A program made the translations under genes and the position numbers. This document shows, piece after piece, positions 23,403 to 30,577 of a stretch of DNA of 37,377 nucleotides. The stretch is taken from contig PMLI01000351.1 in assembly GCA_003158835.1 (NCBI GenBank), positions 1 to 37,377 of the forward strand, read 5' to 3'. The first letter of the stretch is position 1, and every line of letters starts with the position of its first letter. Source of the DNA: Acidimicrobiaceae bacterium (lineage in GTDB: Bacteria; Actinomycetota; Acidimicrobiia; Acidimicrobiales; Palsa-688). The notes under the pieces were generated by a model. It was not told the DNA's origin. It searched no databases and saw only the letters and a program-made list of their open reading frames with translations.

Positions 23403-24879
23403 TCCCTGCTCCTTTCGTTGTTCCCACAAATTGTTTCACGTGGCACCTCGGGTCGCCGGCGGCCACGGCCTTCTTGCCGGTCATGGTCTGCCAGCGGTGG
23501 ACGATGATGTCGCAGTAGGCCGGGGACAGCTCGAGGCCGTAGCCGCGACGGCCGTGCAGCTCGGCGGCCACCAGGGTCGTGCCGGATCCCAGGAACGGGT
23601 CCAGGACCACGTCGCCCGGGTCGGAGTAGGCCTTGACGAAGAACTCCGGGAGGCCGACGGGGTAGGCGGCGCCGTGGCCCAGGGCCTCGCGGTTCTTGCC
23701 CACGCTCAACACGTTGGACGGGTACGCGAGGCCCGCCTTGACGTCGAGGTCCTGGCCGTCAAAGACGCCCCCTCGGGGCAGCCCCTGCCCCTGCGTCCCG
23801 CCGACCCCCTCGTGCGCCTGCCTGCCTGCCGACTTCCTGTGCTTGTTTTTGCCGTGCATTTTCTTGCCGTCGTTCTGCGACGTGTGGTCCCCGCCCCAGT
23901 CCGGGATGTCCTCGCTGGCGTGGCGGACCGCGTCCGGCCGGAACTTATGGGCGCCGCGGGTGAGCTGGAAGACGGGCTCCCACCCGTTCTTGAACCGGTT
24001 GACGACGCCCTTGGGGGTGCCGCCGTGGACCCAGGCGAACTCGTCCACGAACCGCCAGCCCCACTCCCGGGCCAGGCGGAGGACCAGGTCCTTGACGTAG
24101 GGGTGGCGCTGGCCGTCCTGGCAGTGTTCCTTGAGGTTCAGGAAGAACGACCCGTCCGGGGCCAGGTGGCGGGCGAGGTTGGCCTGGAGGGGGCGGAACC
24201 ACTCGCCGTAGGCCTCGGGGAGGACCGGTACGAACCCGCTGTCGCCGTCGTACTCGCGCTGCGCGGCGTAGGGCGGGGAGGTGACGACCAGGTGGACGGC
24301 CTCCCCGGCCAGGAGGCGGGCGACGTCAGCGGGCTCGCGGCAGTCGCCGCACAGGAGGCGGTGCGACCCCAGGTGCCAGAGGGTGCCCTTCTTGGTGACC
24401 GGCTTGGCCGGGGGCGCGATGACCTCCCCGGTGTCCGGCGCCTCCGGTTCCCCCTGGGCCGCCTTCTCGAAGTCGACCAAGTCCTTGACCTGGGCCTCGT
24501 CGAACCCGGTCAGGCCGACGTCCAGGTCGCCCGCGTCGAGGGCTACCAGCAGCTCGGTCAGCTTCGGGAAGTCCCACTCCCCGGTGATCCGGTTCAGCGC
24601 GACGTTGAGGGCGCGCTCCTCGTTGGGCGGGAGGTCCACGACGCGGACCCGGACGCGCTCGACGCCGAGGTCCTTGAGGACCGCGTACCGCTGGTGGCCG
24701 CCCACGAGGTTGCCGGACCGTTTGTTCCAGACCAGCGGGTCGACCAGGCCGAAGTGTTCCAGGGACCGCCGGATGTCCTGGTAGGCCTTGTCGGTGGGCT
24801 GCAGCGCCTTGCGCGGGTTGTACCGCGCCGGGGAGATCTTGGCGAGGGGGAGCTCGACTTCCGGGGCTTCGGTCTTCAC
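23383..24879 (-). CDS. ParB-like nuclease domain fused to an N4/N6 DNA methyltransferase (N6_N4_Mtase) (498 aa)
   Basis: The N-terminal ParB-like region has NLVGGHQRY. The catalytic motif IV is TSPPY, and the AdoMet motif I (DPFLGSGTT) is near the C-terminus, a beta-class order. The GTG start immediately follows the TGA of the upstream gene, with GGAGG upstream. A low-complexity insertion (DHTSQNDGKKMHGKNKHRKSAGRQAHEG...) lies between the motifs. Confidence 0.85.
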   Translation of the reverse strand: MKTEAPEVELPLAKISPARYNPRKALQPTDKAYQDIRRSLEHFGLVDPLVWNKRSGNLVGGHQRYAVLKDLGVERVRVRVVDLPPNEERALNVALNRITGEWDFPKLTELLVALDAGDLDVGLTGFDEAQVKDLVDFEKAAQGEPEAPDTGEVIAPPAKPVTKKGTLWHLGSHRLLCGDCREPADVARLLAGEAVHLVVTSPPYAAQREYDGDSGFVPVLPEAYGEWFRPLQANLARHLAPDGSFFLNLKEHCQDGQRHPYVKDLVLRLAREWGWRFVDEFAWVHGGTPKGVVNRFKNGWEPVFQLTRGAHKFRPDAVRHASEDIPDWGGDHTSQNDGKKMHGKNKHRKSAGRQAHEGVGGTQGQGLPRGGVFDGQDLDVKAGLAYPSNVLSVGKNREALGHGAAYPVGLPEFFVKAYSDPGDVVLDPFLGSGTTLVAAELHGRRGYGLELSPAYCDIIVHRWQTMTGKKAVAAGDPRCHVKQFVGTTKGAGNGQPPR

Positions 24880-25137
24880 TCAGGCCTCCACGAAGATGGT
24901 GTGCGCGCAGGGGCAGTGGTCGGCGCACTTGCCGCAAAAGAAACAATGCCCGACGACCAGTTGCTGTGGGCAGCTGCAGGACCAGAGCAGGTGGCCCTGG
25001 CTGGCGAAGCTCTTGCCACCGCCACGCCCGCTGCGGTTCCGGGCCCCCACGAGCAAGACGCGCTGACGGCAACAGGCGCACCGCGGGCTGCGGTAGATCG
25101 GTCCCTCGTCGCCCTCGCGCACGGAGTCGGCCGGCAT
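24880..25137 (-). CDS. Cys-rich miniprotein with a CxxCxxCxxxCP ferredoxin-type motif (85 aa)
   Basis: The sequence contains 11 Cys residues. The C-terminus HCFFCGKCADHCPC fits the classical 4Fe-4S pattern, and upstream are RCACC and WSCSCP. Third positions are G/C-rich. AGGAG lies upstream of the ATG. The stop abuts the GTG of the ParB-methyltransferase. Confidence 0.6.
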   Translation of the reverse strand: MPADSVREGDEGPIYRSPRCACCRQRVLLVGARNRSGRGGGKSFASQGHLLWSCSCPQQLVVGHCFFCGKCADHCPCAHTIFVEA

Positions 25138-25145
25138 CGGCTCCT

Positions 25146-25174
25146 ATGGTATATCGGTTTCAACGTCTTGTCGA
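25146..25174 (-). promoter_or_regulatory. possible sigma70-type promoter
   Basis: The minus strand reads TCGACA-17 nt-TACCAT. It shares the 11-mer GATATAC(A/C)AT with the 1469-1497 promoter. It lies inside the 3' end of gene 25160..25333, just upstream of the Cys-rich gene. Confidence 0.3.
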
Positions 25175-25333
25175 GGGCGTGACCCGCTGCGCGAGGAAGC
25201 CCGCCATCTCCTGCTTGGCCTCCAGCACCAGTTCTTCCAGGGCGGCGCGCATCTCCTGCCACTTGGGGAGCGTCTCGGGCGGGACGTCGTAGTAGCGCGG
25301 GCCGTACTTCCGCATGAACTCGTCGACGGTCAC
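25160..25333 (-). CDS. hypothetical small protein (57 aa)
   Basis: Track ORF 25160..25516 trimmed to GTG 25331-25333 (GTGA overlap). It reads VTVDEFMRKYGPRYYDVPPETLPKWQEMRAALEELVLEAKQEM... An ATG six codons downstream is an alternative start. Confidence 0.55.
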   Translation of the reverse strand: MTVDEFMRKYGPRYYDVPPETLPKWQEMRAALEELVLEAKQEMAGFLAQRVTPSTRR

Positions 25334-25635
25334 CGGCGCGCCCGCCCGCCGCGCGACACCGAGATGGTGTAGGCGCGGACCTCGCCCGGCCGGAGCGGCG
25401 GGCCTTCGATGACGTTCACGTAGGTGGTGGTCGTGACCCACACCTCGCGGTCCTCCAGATCCCGCCGGTGCCGGACGGCCTGGGCCAGCCGCGTGTTGCC
25501 GCGCCGGTACCGCCACTCCTGGGCCGCGATCACCATCTCGAAGGCGCCGAAGCCGATCAGGACGTAGAGCTCGAAGCCGAGCAGGAAGATGGCCGGGAGG
25601 CGGGCGCGGAGGCCTTGGGAGATGCCGGGCCTCAT
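25330..25635 (-). CDS. small membrane protein (101 aa)
   Basis: Track ORF 25330..25998 trimmed to ATG 25633-25635 (ATGA overlap). The TM segment is LPAIFLLGFELYVLIGFGAFEMVIAA. Confidence 0.6.
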   Translation of the reverse strand: MRPGISQGLRARLPAIFLLGFELYVLIGFGAFEMVIAAQEWRYRRGNTRLAQAVRHRRDLEDREVWVTTTTYVNVIEGPPLRPGEVRAYTISVSRGGRARR

Positions 25636-25928
25636 TGGAACGGCTCGAGCGTGCCGAAGACGTCCTTCCCGGCCGCGATCTCGCCCAGCACGAGCAGCCG
25701 CAGCTCCTCTGCCGCGCCCTGGGCGCCGCGGAACGCCACCGCGCACCGCTTGATGGCCTCGAGCCGGGCGTTCCCCTTGAGCCACAGCGTCGGGTCCATC
25801 AGGTGCGCGGTGGCCTCCGTGTGCTCGATGCAGTTGAGGAACCCCACCAGGTCCAACATGAGGACGTCCTTGCACATCTCCACCACGGCGTTCTGCGTGG
25901 CCTTGTATTGGTCGTCGGTCATGGTCAT
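25632..25928 (-). CDS. hypothetical protein (98 aa)
   Basis: Track ORF trimmed to ATG 25926-25928 (ATGA overlap with the DUF1937-like gene). It reads MTMTDDQYKATQNAVVEMCKDVLMLDLVGFL... Confidence 0.6.
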   Translation of the reverse strand: MTMTDDQYKATQNAVVEMCKDVLMLDLVGFLNCIEHTEATAHLMDPTLWLKGNARLEAIKRCAVAFRGAQGAAEELRLLVLGEIAAGKDVFGTLEPFQ

Positions 25929-26320
25929 CAGCGCACCTCCATGTGCAGGCCAAACTCGGCCCACTGCTCGATGCAGAGGATGGGCTTGCCGAGGTCACGG
26001 GCGAAGGACAACTCCGCCGTCACGCCGACCGATCGGTCCCACCCCTCGAGCTTCAGCACCACGAGCCGGTCGCACCGCTCCAGCATGGGGAAGTCCAGGG
26101 CGCGCCAGAACTCCCACTCGCGCGGGAACGTATAGAGCAGGGAGGTCGGGTGGTTGTGGACGATTGGGGAGTAGACAACGACCTTGCGGCCGTTCCATTC
26201 CCGGACGTCCATCATCGACTCGGCGACGCAATGCATCGCGGCGCGGTAGCGTGCCTCGCGCACCCGCGCATCGGTGTGGTTGTATGGGCTGGCCAGATAG
26301 ATCAATTCAGACGCGCTCAT
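25928..26320 (-). CDS. DUF1937 / nucleoside 2-deoxyribosyltransferase-like protein (130 aa)
   Basis: IYLASPYNHTD...VVYSPIVHNHP is the hallmark pattern of the DUF1937 (deoxyribosyltransferase-like) family seen in phages. It forms an ATGA overlap with the C5-methyltransferase stop. Confidence 0.65.
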   Translation of the reverse strand: MSASELIYLASPYNHTDARVREARYRAAMHCVAESMMDVREWNGRKVVVYSPIVHNHPTSLLYTFPREWEFWRALDFPMLERCDRLVVLKLEGWDRSVGVTAELSFARDLGKPILCIEQWAEFGLHMEVR

Positions 26321-27057
26321 CGTGGAACCTCCTGTGGTTTGGTTGTGGCCAGCGCTTCGCGCACGGCGCGCGCAATGGCCCTACCCATCGGAAGAGGGAC
26401 ACCGTTGCCGACCATTCTGTACTTGCCGTTGGAAGTGAAGACGGTATAACCGGCCAGGAAATCTTTGGGCAGGCCCTGCAATTCACAGAACCGCTGAAAG
26501 TCGCGCCGCGGCTTGTGGACCGAGTGGCATTTGCCATCCTGCCGGCGGTTGACGATCTGGCCACTCCGCCCCTCGGACGCCAGGCACGCGCCTTCACGCG
26601 TCATGGTTTCCAGGGCGACGGTGTGTGGCTCAAGCCGGCGCCCCCCCCCGAGATGTCCGAACTGGAACACACGCCGACGGGATTGCTCTTCCCCGAGCCA
26701 TCGGTTGTCCAGTGTGGCGCGCGTGACGGTGTATCCATCGAGCTGAACGTCCGGGACCTGTGGGACGTTCTCCATCAGGAACCAGTCAGGGCGGGCCTCA
26801 TCCACGCACCGCACGAACTCCGGCACCAGATCCTCTGCGATTTTGTTTCCGATGTGCTTGTTGAGGGCCGAGAAGAACGAGTGAGCCTGGCAAGGCGGGC
26901 CGCCGATCACGCCGGCGAACTTGCCCGGCGGCGGCCGGAACTTCTTCACGTCGCCGCCCCACAGCATGTCAGGCCCACGGACCACGCACCATCCATCCTC
27001 CTCGAAGGCTCTGTCGAGCAGGCCGATGCCTGGGAAGAGAGATAGGACGAGCTTCAC
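26317..27057 (-). CDS. DNA (cytosine-5)-methyltransferase, compact (246 aa)
   Basis: Track ORF 26317..27207 trimmed to GTG 27055-27057 (GTGA overlap). It has motif I LFPGIG, motif IV GGPPCQ, motif VI ENV, QGLPKDF and motif X GNGVP. G+C is lower than in the flanking genes. The ORF contains a G9 tract (C9 on the plus strand, 26641-26649). Confidence 0.85.
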   Translation of the reverse strand: MKLVLSLFPGIGLLDRAFEEDGWCVVRGPDMLWGGDVKKFRPPPGKFAGVIGGPPCQAHSFFSALNKHIGNKIAEDLVPEFVRCVDEARPDWFLMENVPQVPDVQLDGYTVTRATLDNRWLGEEQSRRRVFQFGHLGGGRRLEPHTVALETMTREGACLASEGRSGQIVNRRQDGKCHSVHKPRRDFQRFCELQGLPKDFLAGYTVFTSNGKYRMVGNGVPLPMGRAIARAVREALATTKPQEVPR

Positions 27058-27407
27058 AGGAACGATGTCTCCCGCTCGGACTTCTTGGGCTCGGCGGTGA
27101 CGCCCATGAGGAACTCGACGTCGACCACCGCGCCCGACTCCAGCTGATCGAAGTGTTCCTCGATGTGCTTGTGGGCCACCGTCATCGTGCGCGCGGTCCC
27201 GGTCCACGCGTAAGGGTCGGACGTGGCGAAGCCTTCACCGCCGTCGACGCGCAGGAGCGTGACGAATCGCCGCTGCGCCTCCGGCACGATCCCGTAGCCC
27301 GCGCGCCCGAACAGGTACCGGTCGCCCTCGCATCCAGGCTCGAGCCGCACGGCCATGACTGGGATGAACGTGCCCTTGTCGCGGATTTCAAACGTCTTGG
27401 CGATCAT
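27054..27407 (-). CDS. hypothetical protein (117 aa)
   Basis: ATG shares one nt with the upstream stop (TGATG). The sequence is globular-looking: MIAKTFEIRDKGTFIPVMAVRLEPG...DPYAWTGTARTMTVAHKHIEEHFDQLESGAVVDVEF. Confidence 0.7.
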   Translation of the reverse strand: MIAKTFEIRDKGTFIPVMAVRLEPGCEGDRYLFGRAGYGIVPEAQRRFVTLLRVDGGEGFATSDPYAWTGTARTMTVAHKHIEEHFDQLESGAVVDVEFLMGVTAEPKKSERETSFL

Positions 27408-27634
27408 CAGAGGTCCTCCTCTCCGGTAGCGCAGGCCCAGTGGACCTCAACGGCCACGGCGTTGTATGGTCGGCCCGAACGCGCCAATGCCTGTTCCTCC
27501 CGGTCCGCACCGGGCCCAATCGGGATGAGCGTGGTAAAGTCTCCGTCTCCGAAGTTCACGTCGCACGCCGGGCACGGTTTCCCGACAGACGGGTGGTCCG
27601 CCTTTTTTGGTCCGAGCTTCTGTTGTTCGCTCAT
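27407..27634 (-). CDS. hypothetical small protein with CPAC motif (75 aa)
   Basis: ATG shares one nt with the upstream stop (TGATG). It reads MSEQQKLGPKKADHPSVGKPCPACDVNFGDGDF... Confidence 0.65.
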   Translation of the reverse strand: MSEQQKLGPKKADHPSVGKPCPACDVNFGDGDFTTLIPIGPGADREEQALARSGRPYNAVAVEVHWACATGEEDL

Positions 27635-27942
27635 CAGAACGCCCCGGGTTCGACGGCCGCCGACATGGGCGCGGCCAGCCGGAGCGCCGCGCTCTGCGCG
27701 TGGTCGGTCACGATGCGCTCAAGGATCCGGGCGATCTCCAGGATGGGCCCCACGATCTCGTGCGGTAGGTCGAACTTCATGTTGGTCTCCCAATGGTCTG
27801 AGCCGATGGAGTAGCTCGTGATCTTCTTGCCGCCGTCCGTCAACAGCAGGATGGTCGCGGTGACCACCGGCTTGTCGTCCTGCAGATGCACCGAGAACCC
27901 CTCGATCCTTGCCTTGCGGATGTTGATGTTCAAGTCCTGCAT
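27634..27942 (-). CDS. hypothetical protein (102 aa)
   Basis: Track ORF 27634..28056 trimmed to ATG 27940-27942, with GAGGAGGAG upstream. It reads MQDLNINIRKARIEGFSVHLQDDKPVVTATILLL... Confidence 0.7.
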   Translation of the reverse strand: MQDLNINIRKARIEGFSVHLQDDKPVVTATILLLTDGGKKITSYSIGSDHWETNMKFDLPHEIVGPILEIARILERIVTDHAQSAALRLAAPMSAAVEPGAF

Positions 27943-28042
27943 CGTCGTCTCCTCCTCTCGTTCTTGAGTCTGCTCCTGAAAACGGTCTCCCGCAGGATCC
28001 TTCGCTCGGTGGCCGTGAGCGCAAGCCACCAGGACGCCCAGG

Positions 28043-28306
28043 TCAGCGCGGCACACTGGCCAGCTCCCGCGCTCGGTCGCAGGCGGCCAGCATGATCTGC
28101 CGCTGGCTGTCGGTCAGGTGCGGCTTGCCCGATGCCATGATCTCCCACCAGCCGATTATCTTGCCGACGTCCACTCGATATTCACGCACCGTAGTCACGA
28201 GCGCGTCGGTGGTGAGGGCGTACATCCGATACCCATCGATACCGTGCTCCGTAATCGCCCGCCGCAGGATCGCTCTGGCCCCGGCCTCGACGTAGGGGTC
28301 GGTCAC
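28043..28306 (-). CDS. hypothetical protein (87 aa)
   Basis: GTG 28304-28306 forms a GTGA overlap. The sequence is non-repetitive: VTDPYVEAGARAILRRAITEHGIDGYRMYAL... Confidence 0.6.
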   Translation of the reverse strand: MTDPYVEAGARAILRRAITEHGIDGYRMYALTTDALVTTVREYRVDVGKIIGWWEIMASGKPHLTDSQRQIMLAACDRARELASVPR

Positions 28307-28668
28307 GGTTCAAACCAATCCTTCACGCGCTTGGCCGGCGTCGCGGTGCGATATTGGAAGTCCAAGTCCGACGCGGCGACGGCGCGGTCGAAAGCGTGCA
28401 GCGCCTCGAGGTCGTCCAGGCTCACGCGCAGCTGCCGCTCCCGGAGGAACCGGCCCATGACCTGCCGCACCGTGGCTGCCCACGCCTTGATCGGCTTCGG
28501 CTTATTCGGCACACCGTAGGCGGCCTTGAGGTCTGGGAGGCCCGCGCGCCGTGCGATCCCATCCTGGGGGAAACGGTACCCCTGCTCCCGCTCCCGGGCG
28601 TGGAGGACGGCCAGCTTGAGGTCGTCCAGCCGACGGACCTGCAGAGCGCGCACGTCGATGTCGATCAC
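28303..28668 (-). CDS. hypothetical protein (121 aa)
   Basis: Track ORF 28303..28860 trimmed to GTG 28666-28668 (GTGA overlap). It reads VIDIDVRALQVRRLDDLKLAVLHAREREQGYRF... Confidence 0.55.
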   Translation of the reverse strand: MIDIDVRALQVRRLDDLKLAVLHAREREQGYRFPQDGIARRAGLPDLKAAYGVPNKPKPIKAWAATVRQVMGRFLRERQLRVSLDDLEALHAFDRAVAASDLDFQYRTATPAKRVKDWFEP

Positions 28669-28970
28669 TTTTTCACCCACACTTCTTCCGCCGCCCTTTT
28701 TTTCAGGTCGTCGCACATCTTGTCCAGCGCGATGTAGGTGGCAACCAGTTGTCCCTCGGCGTGATCCAGTTCCTTCTTGAGCCGCTTGACCTCCACCTTC
28801 ATCGCGTCGTGGGCGGAAGCGCGGACCCACGGGTCTTTGTTCTTTGGGTGGTTCGGGCAATTATCCGGACCGCATTGGTTCAGCCGTTCGATCTCTTTCT
28901 CGAGCCGGGCCATCTCCGCGCCGCAGGCTTGGTGTGGGTCGTTCGACACGGGATCCTCGTCGAAGCTCAA
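28665..28970 (-). CDS. hypothetical coiled-coil protein (101 aa)
   Basis: TTG 28968-28970 overlaps the DnaC-like stop (TTGA). Heptad-like stretches include EMARLEKEIERLNQ and KVEVKRLKKELDHAEGQL. Confidence 0.55.
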   Translation of the reverse strand: MSFDEDPVSNDPHQACGAEMARLEKEIERLNQCGPDNCPNHPKNKDPWVRASAHDAMKVEVKRLKKELDHAEGQLVATYIALDKMCDDLKKRAAEEVWVKK

Positions 28971-29749
28971 GGCTTCAGCCTTCGACTCTTACCGCTCATC
29001 TTCAGCACGTCGCAGGGCCCGACGATCCGCCCGGAGATCCGCGTGCTGTATCTCTCGTCGATGTTGCCCGGCCCTTCGATGGGCACGTTCGTCGTGAGGA
29101 ACGTGGGGAGGAGCCACTTCTCCCGGTGGTCGAGGAGGACGTAGAGCCAGCCCCCGACGGCCTCGGTGACCTTCTCCGCGCCGATGTCGTCGACCACCAG
29201 GAGCGGCGCGGCGGCTGCGGCCTTCAGCAGTTTGTTGGCGCTGACCTCGCCCGACTGGCCGTATGCGTCCTGCACGTCCATGACGAAGGCGGGCCAGTCC
29301 AGCCAGCGCCAGACGGCGGGGAAGTCCTTCTCGAGCGCGCCTTCGTGCTCCGACCACCGCGTCTCCCGCTCCCGGATGAAGAGCGCCAGCGCCGCGCTCT
29401 TGCCGACGCCCTCGGGCCCGACCAAGCATGCCCCGCGGTGGCCCTTCATGAATGGCTCGAGGAAGACCGGCATCTTCCACGCTGCGTTCCTGAACTTGAG
29501 CGGCACGCCTGCGGTCGCCAGCATCTGGTCGACCTTGCCCGCGCGTAGGATCCGGCGGTCCGCGCACGCTGTCTCGAAGCATGGCGCGCACAGCGCCGGC
29601 TCCGGCCTCGGATCGGGGAAGGCCGCTTTACATTTCAGGCACGACCACATTTCGACCGACTCCTCGGAGCTGCTCGTCTCGCCCGGCGTCCACGACAACC
29701 GGACGTGAGACAGAAGCCCCGCCGCCTGCTTGAGTTCTGGTTTTCCCAT
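28967..29749 (-). CDS. DnaC/IstB-like AAA+ helicase loader with N-terminal CxxC..CxxC zinc finger (260 aa)
   Basis: Walker A GPEGVGKS and Walker B LLVVDDIG, plus an N-terminal CLKC...CAPC. GGGAGGA lies upstream of ATG 29747-29749. It follows the initiator-like gene, as in lambda O-P type modules. Confidence 0.75.
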   Translation of the reverse strand: MGKPELKQAAGLLSHVRLSWTPGETSSSEESVEMWSCLKCKAAFPDPRPEPALCAPCFETACADRRILRAGKVDQMLATAGVPLKFRNAAWKMPVFLEPFMKGHRGACLVGPEGVGKSAALALFIRERETRWSEHEGALEKDFPAVWRWLDWPAFVMDVQDAYGQSGEVSANKLLKAAAAAPLLVVDDIGAEKVTEAVGGWLYVLLDHREKWLLPTFLTTNVPIEGPGNIDERYSTRISGRIVGPCDVLKMSGKSRRLKP

Positions 29750-30401
29750 TGGTTCCTCCCTTGGGCGCGAAAAGGCCCGAGTAGTTGTTCGCCATGCTGT
29801 GGTCCACCGCCGCCCGCCGCTGGTCGGCCGGGATGGCCCGGAGCATCCGCCAGAGCGCCTCGATGCCCTTGGTGCCCTTGTAAGTTTGGCCTTTCTCCCG
29901 CTTGAAAGCCAGCCAGTCCAAAACCTCCGCCTCGTTGGCCTTCAGGTCGTCCGGGATGCCGACGCCTTCTTTGGTCTGTTGGGTTGGGTCTGTTGGGTTG
30001 GGTTGGGTCTGTACTGTATGTCTGTCTGTACGGTGGACGGTGGTCGGACGTCCGCCGGACGTCCGCCGGACGTCCCGCTTCCGCTTGGCGTCGCGCCGTC
30101 TCGACGATAAAAGGCGCCCGGCGTACTCGTCCCAGTCGTGTAGGTGGTCGTCTGGGTCAAGGAAACCGGAGTTGCGTAGCGCGGCACGCAAAACGCCTGT
30201 TTCGCCACCCCAATCGCAGGCGCCGACCAGCTCCGCATCCGAGATTTTGCCCAGGTCACCACTCGGGGCGTAGTCGATGGCCCACCACCAAAGGCAGTGC
30301 ATCATGCCGATGGCGCCGCGCCGCGACTCCCCAAGGATGGCAGCCAGCTTGAGGGTCTTGGGGTGGCGCTGCAGCGCCTGGTGGGACTCGATCCACGCCA
30401 T
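29628..30401 (-). CDS. replication initiator / replisome organiser candidate (lambda O-like arrangement) (257 aa)
   Basis: Track ORF 29628..30554 trimmed to ATG 30399-30401. The N-terminus MAWIESHQALQRHPKTLKLAAILGESRRGAIGMMHCLWWWAIDYA resembles phage replisome-organiser N-domains. A linker encoded by the iteron array precedes a C-terminal domain. The 3' end overlaps the DnaC-like gene by about 120 nt if the 29749 start is used, so one of the two boundaries is uncertain. Confidence 0.6.
   Translation of the reverse strand: MAWIESHQALQRHPKTLKLAAILGESRRGAIGMMHCLWWWAIDYAPSGDLGKISDAELVGACDWGGETGVLRAALRNSGFLDPDDHLHDWDEYAGRLLSSRRRDAKRKRDVRRTSGGRPTTVHRTDRHTVQTQPNPTDPTQQTKEGVGIPDDLKANEAEVLDWLAFKREKGQTYKGTKGIEALWRMLRAIPADQRRAAVDHSMANNYSGLFAPKGGTNGKTRTQAGGGASVSRPVVVDAGRDEQLRGVGRNVVVPEM
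29973..30077. repeat. iteron-like direct repeat array (putative origin of replication)
   Basis: GGTCTGTTGGGTTG x2 (29973-29986, 29987-30000) plus a partial third copy. An AT-richer stretch GTACTGTATGTCTGTCTGTA (30011-30030) follows. Then come CGGTGGA/CGGTGGT (30031-30044) and CGGACGTCCGC x2 plus CGGACGTCCCG (30045-30077), each containing the palindrome GGACGTCC. Confidence 0.6.
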
Positions 30402-30480
30402 CAGCGCGCCACCCTGGAGTAACCTCGGGCTTGGCCCGCGCGTCCCATCACGGGGGAGTCTGCACCCACCGCATGGGCGT

Positions 30481-30525
30481 AAAAAAAAGCCCCCCCTGAT
30501 GAATCTGGCGAGACACCCGGGGGGG
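30481..30525 (-). terminator. Rho-independent terminator-like hairpin with U8 tail
   Basis: On the minus strand, C7 (30519-30525) pairs with G7 (30490-30496) around a 22-nt loop. C and UUUUUUUU (30481-30488) follow. It sits in the 210-nt gap between gene 30612..31121 and the initiator gene. Confidence 0.55.
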
Positions 30526-30577
30526 TAAGACGAACCCCGGCGGCCTGTGGGCACGTCGGGGCAGAATATTTTTGTGA

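Noticed and set aside
23806-23822. (GCCT)3-4 microsatellite inside the ParB-methyltransferase insertion region.
   Set aside because: It is too short to be a meaningful contingency repeat. It lies in a low-complexity coding insertion, and no frame consequence is evident.
29973-30077. The direct repeats, considered as a mini-CRISPR array.
   Set aside because: The repeats are contiguous 7-14-mers with no spacers and lie inside a coding linker. There are no cas genes. An iteron/origin interpretation fits better.
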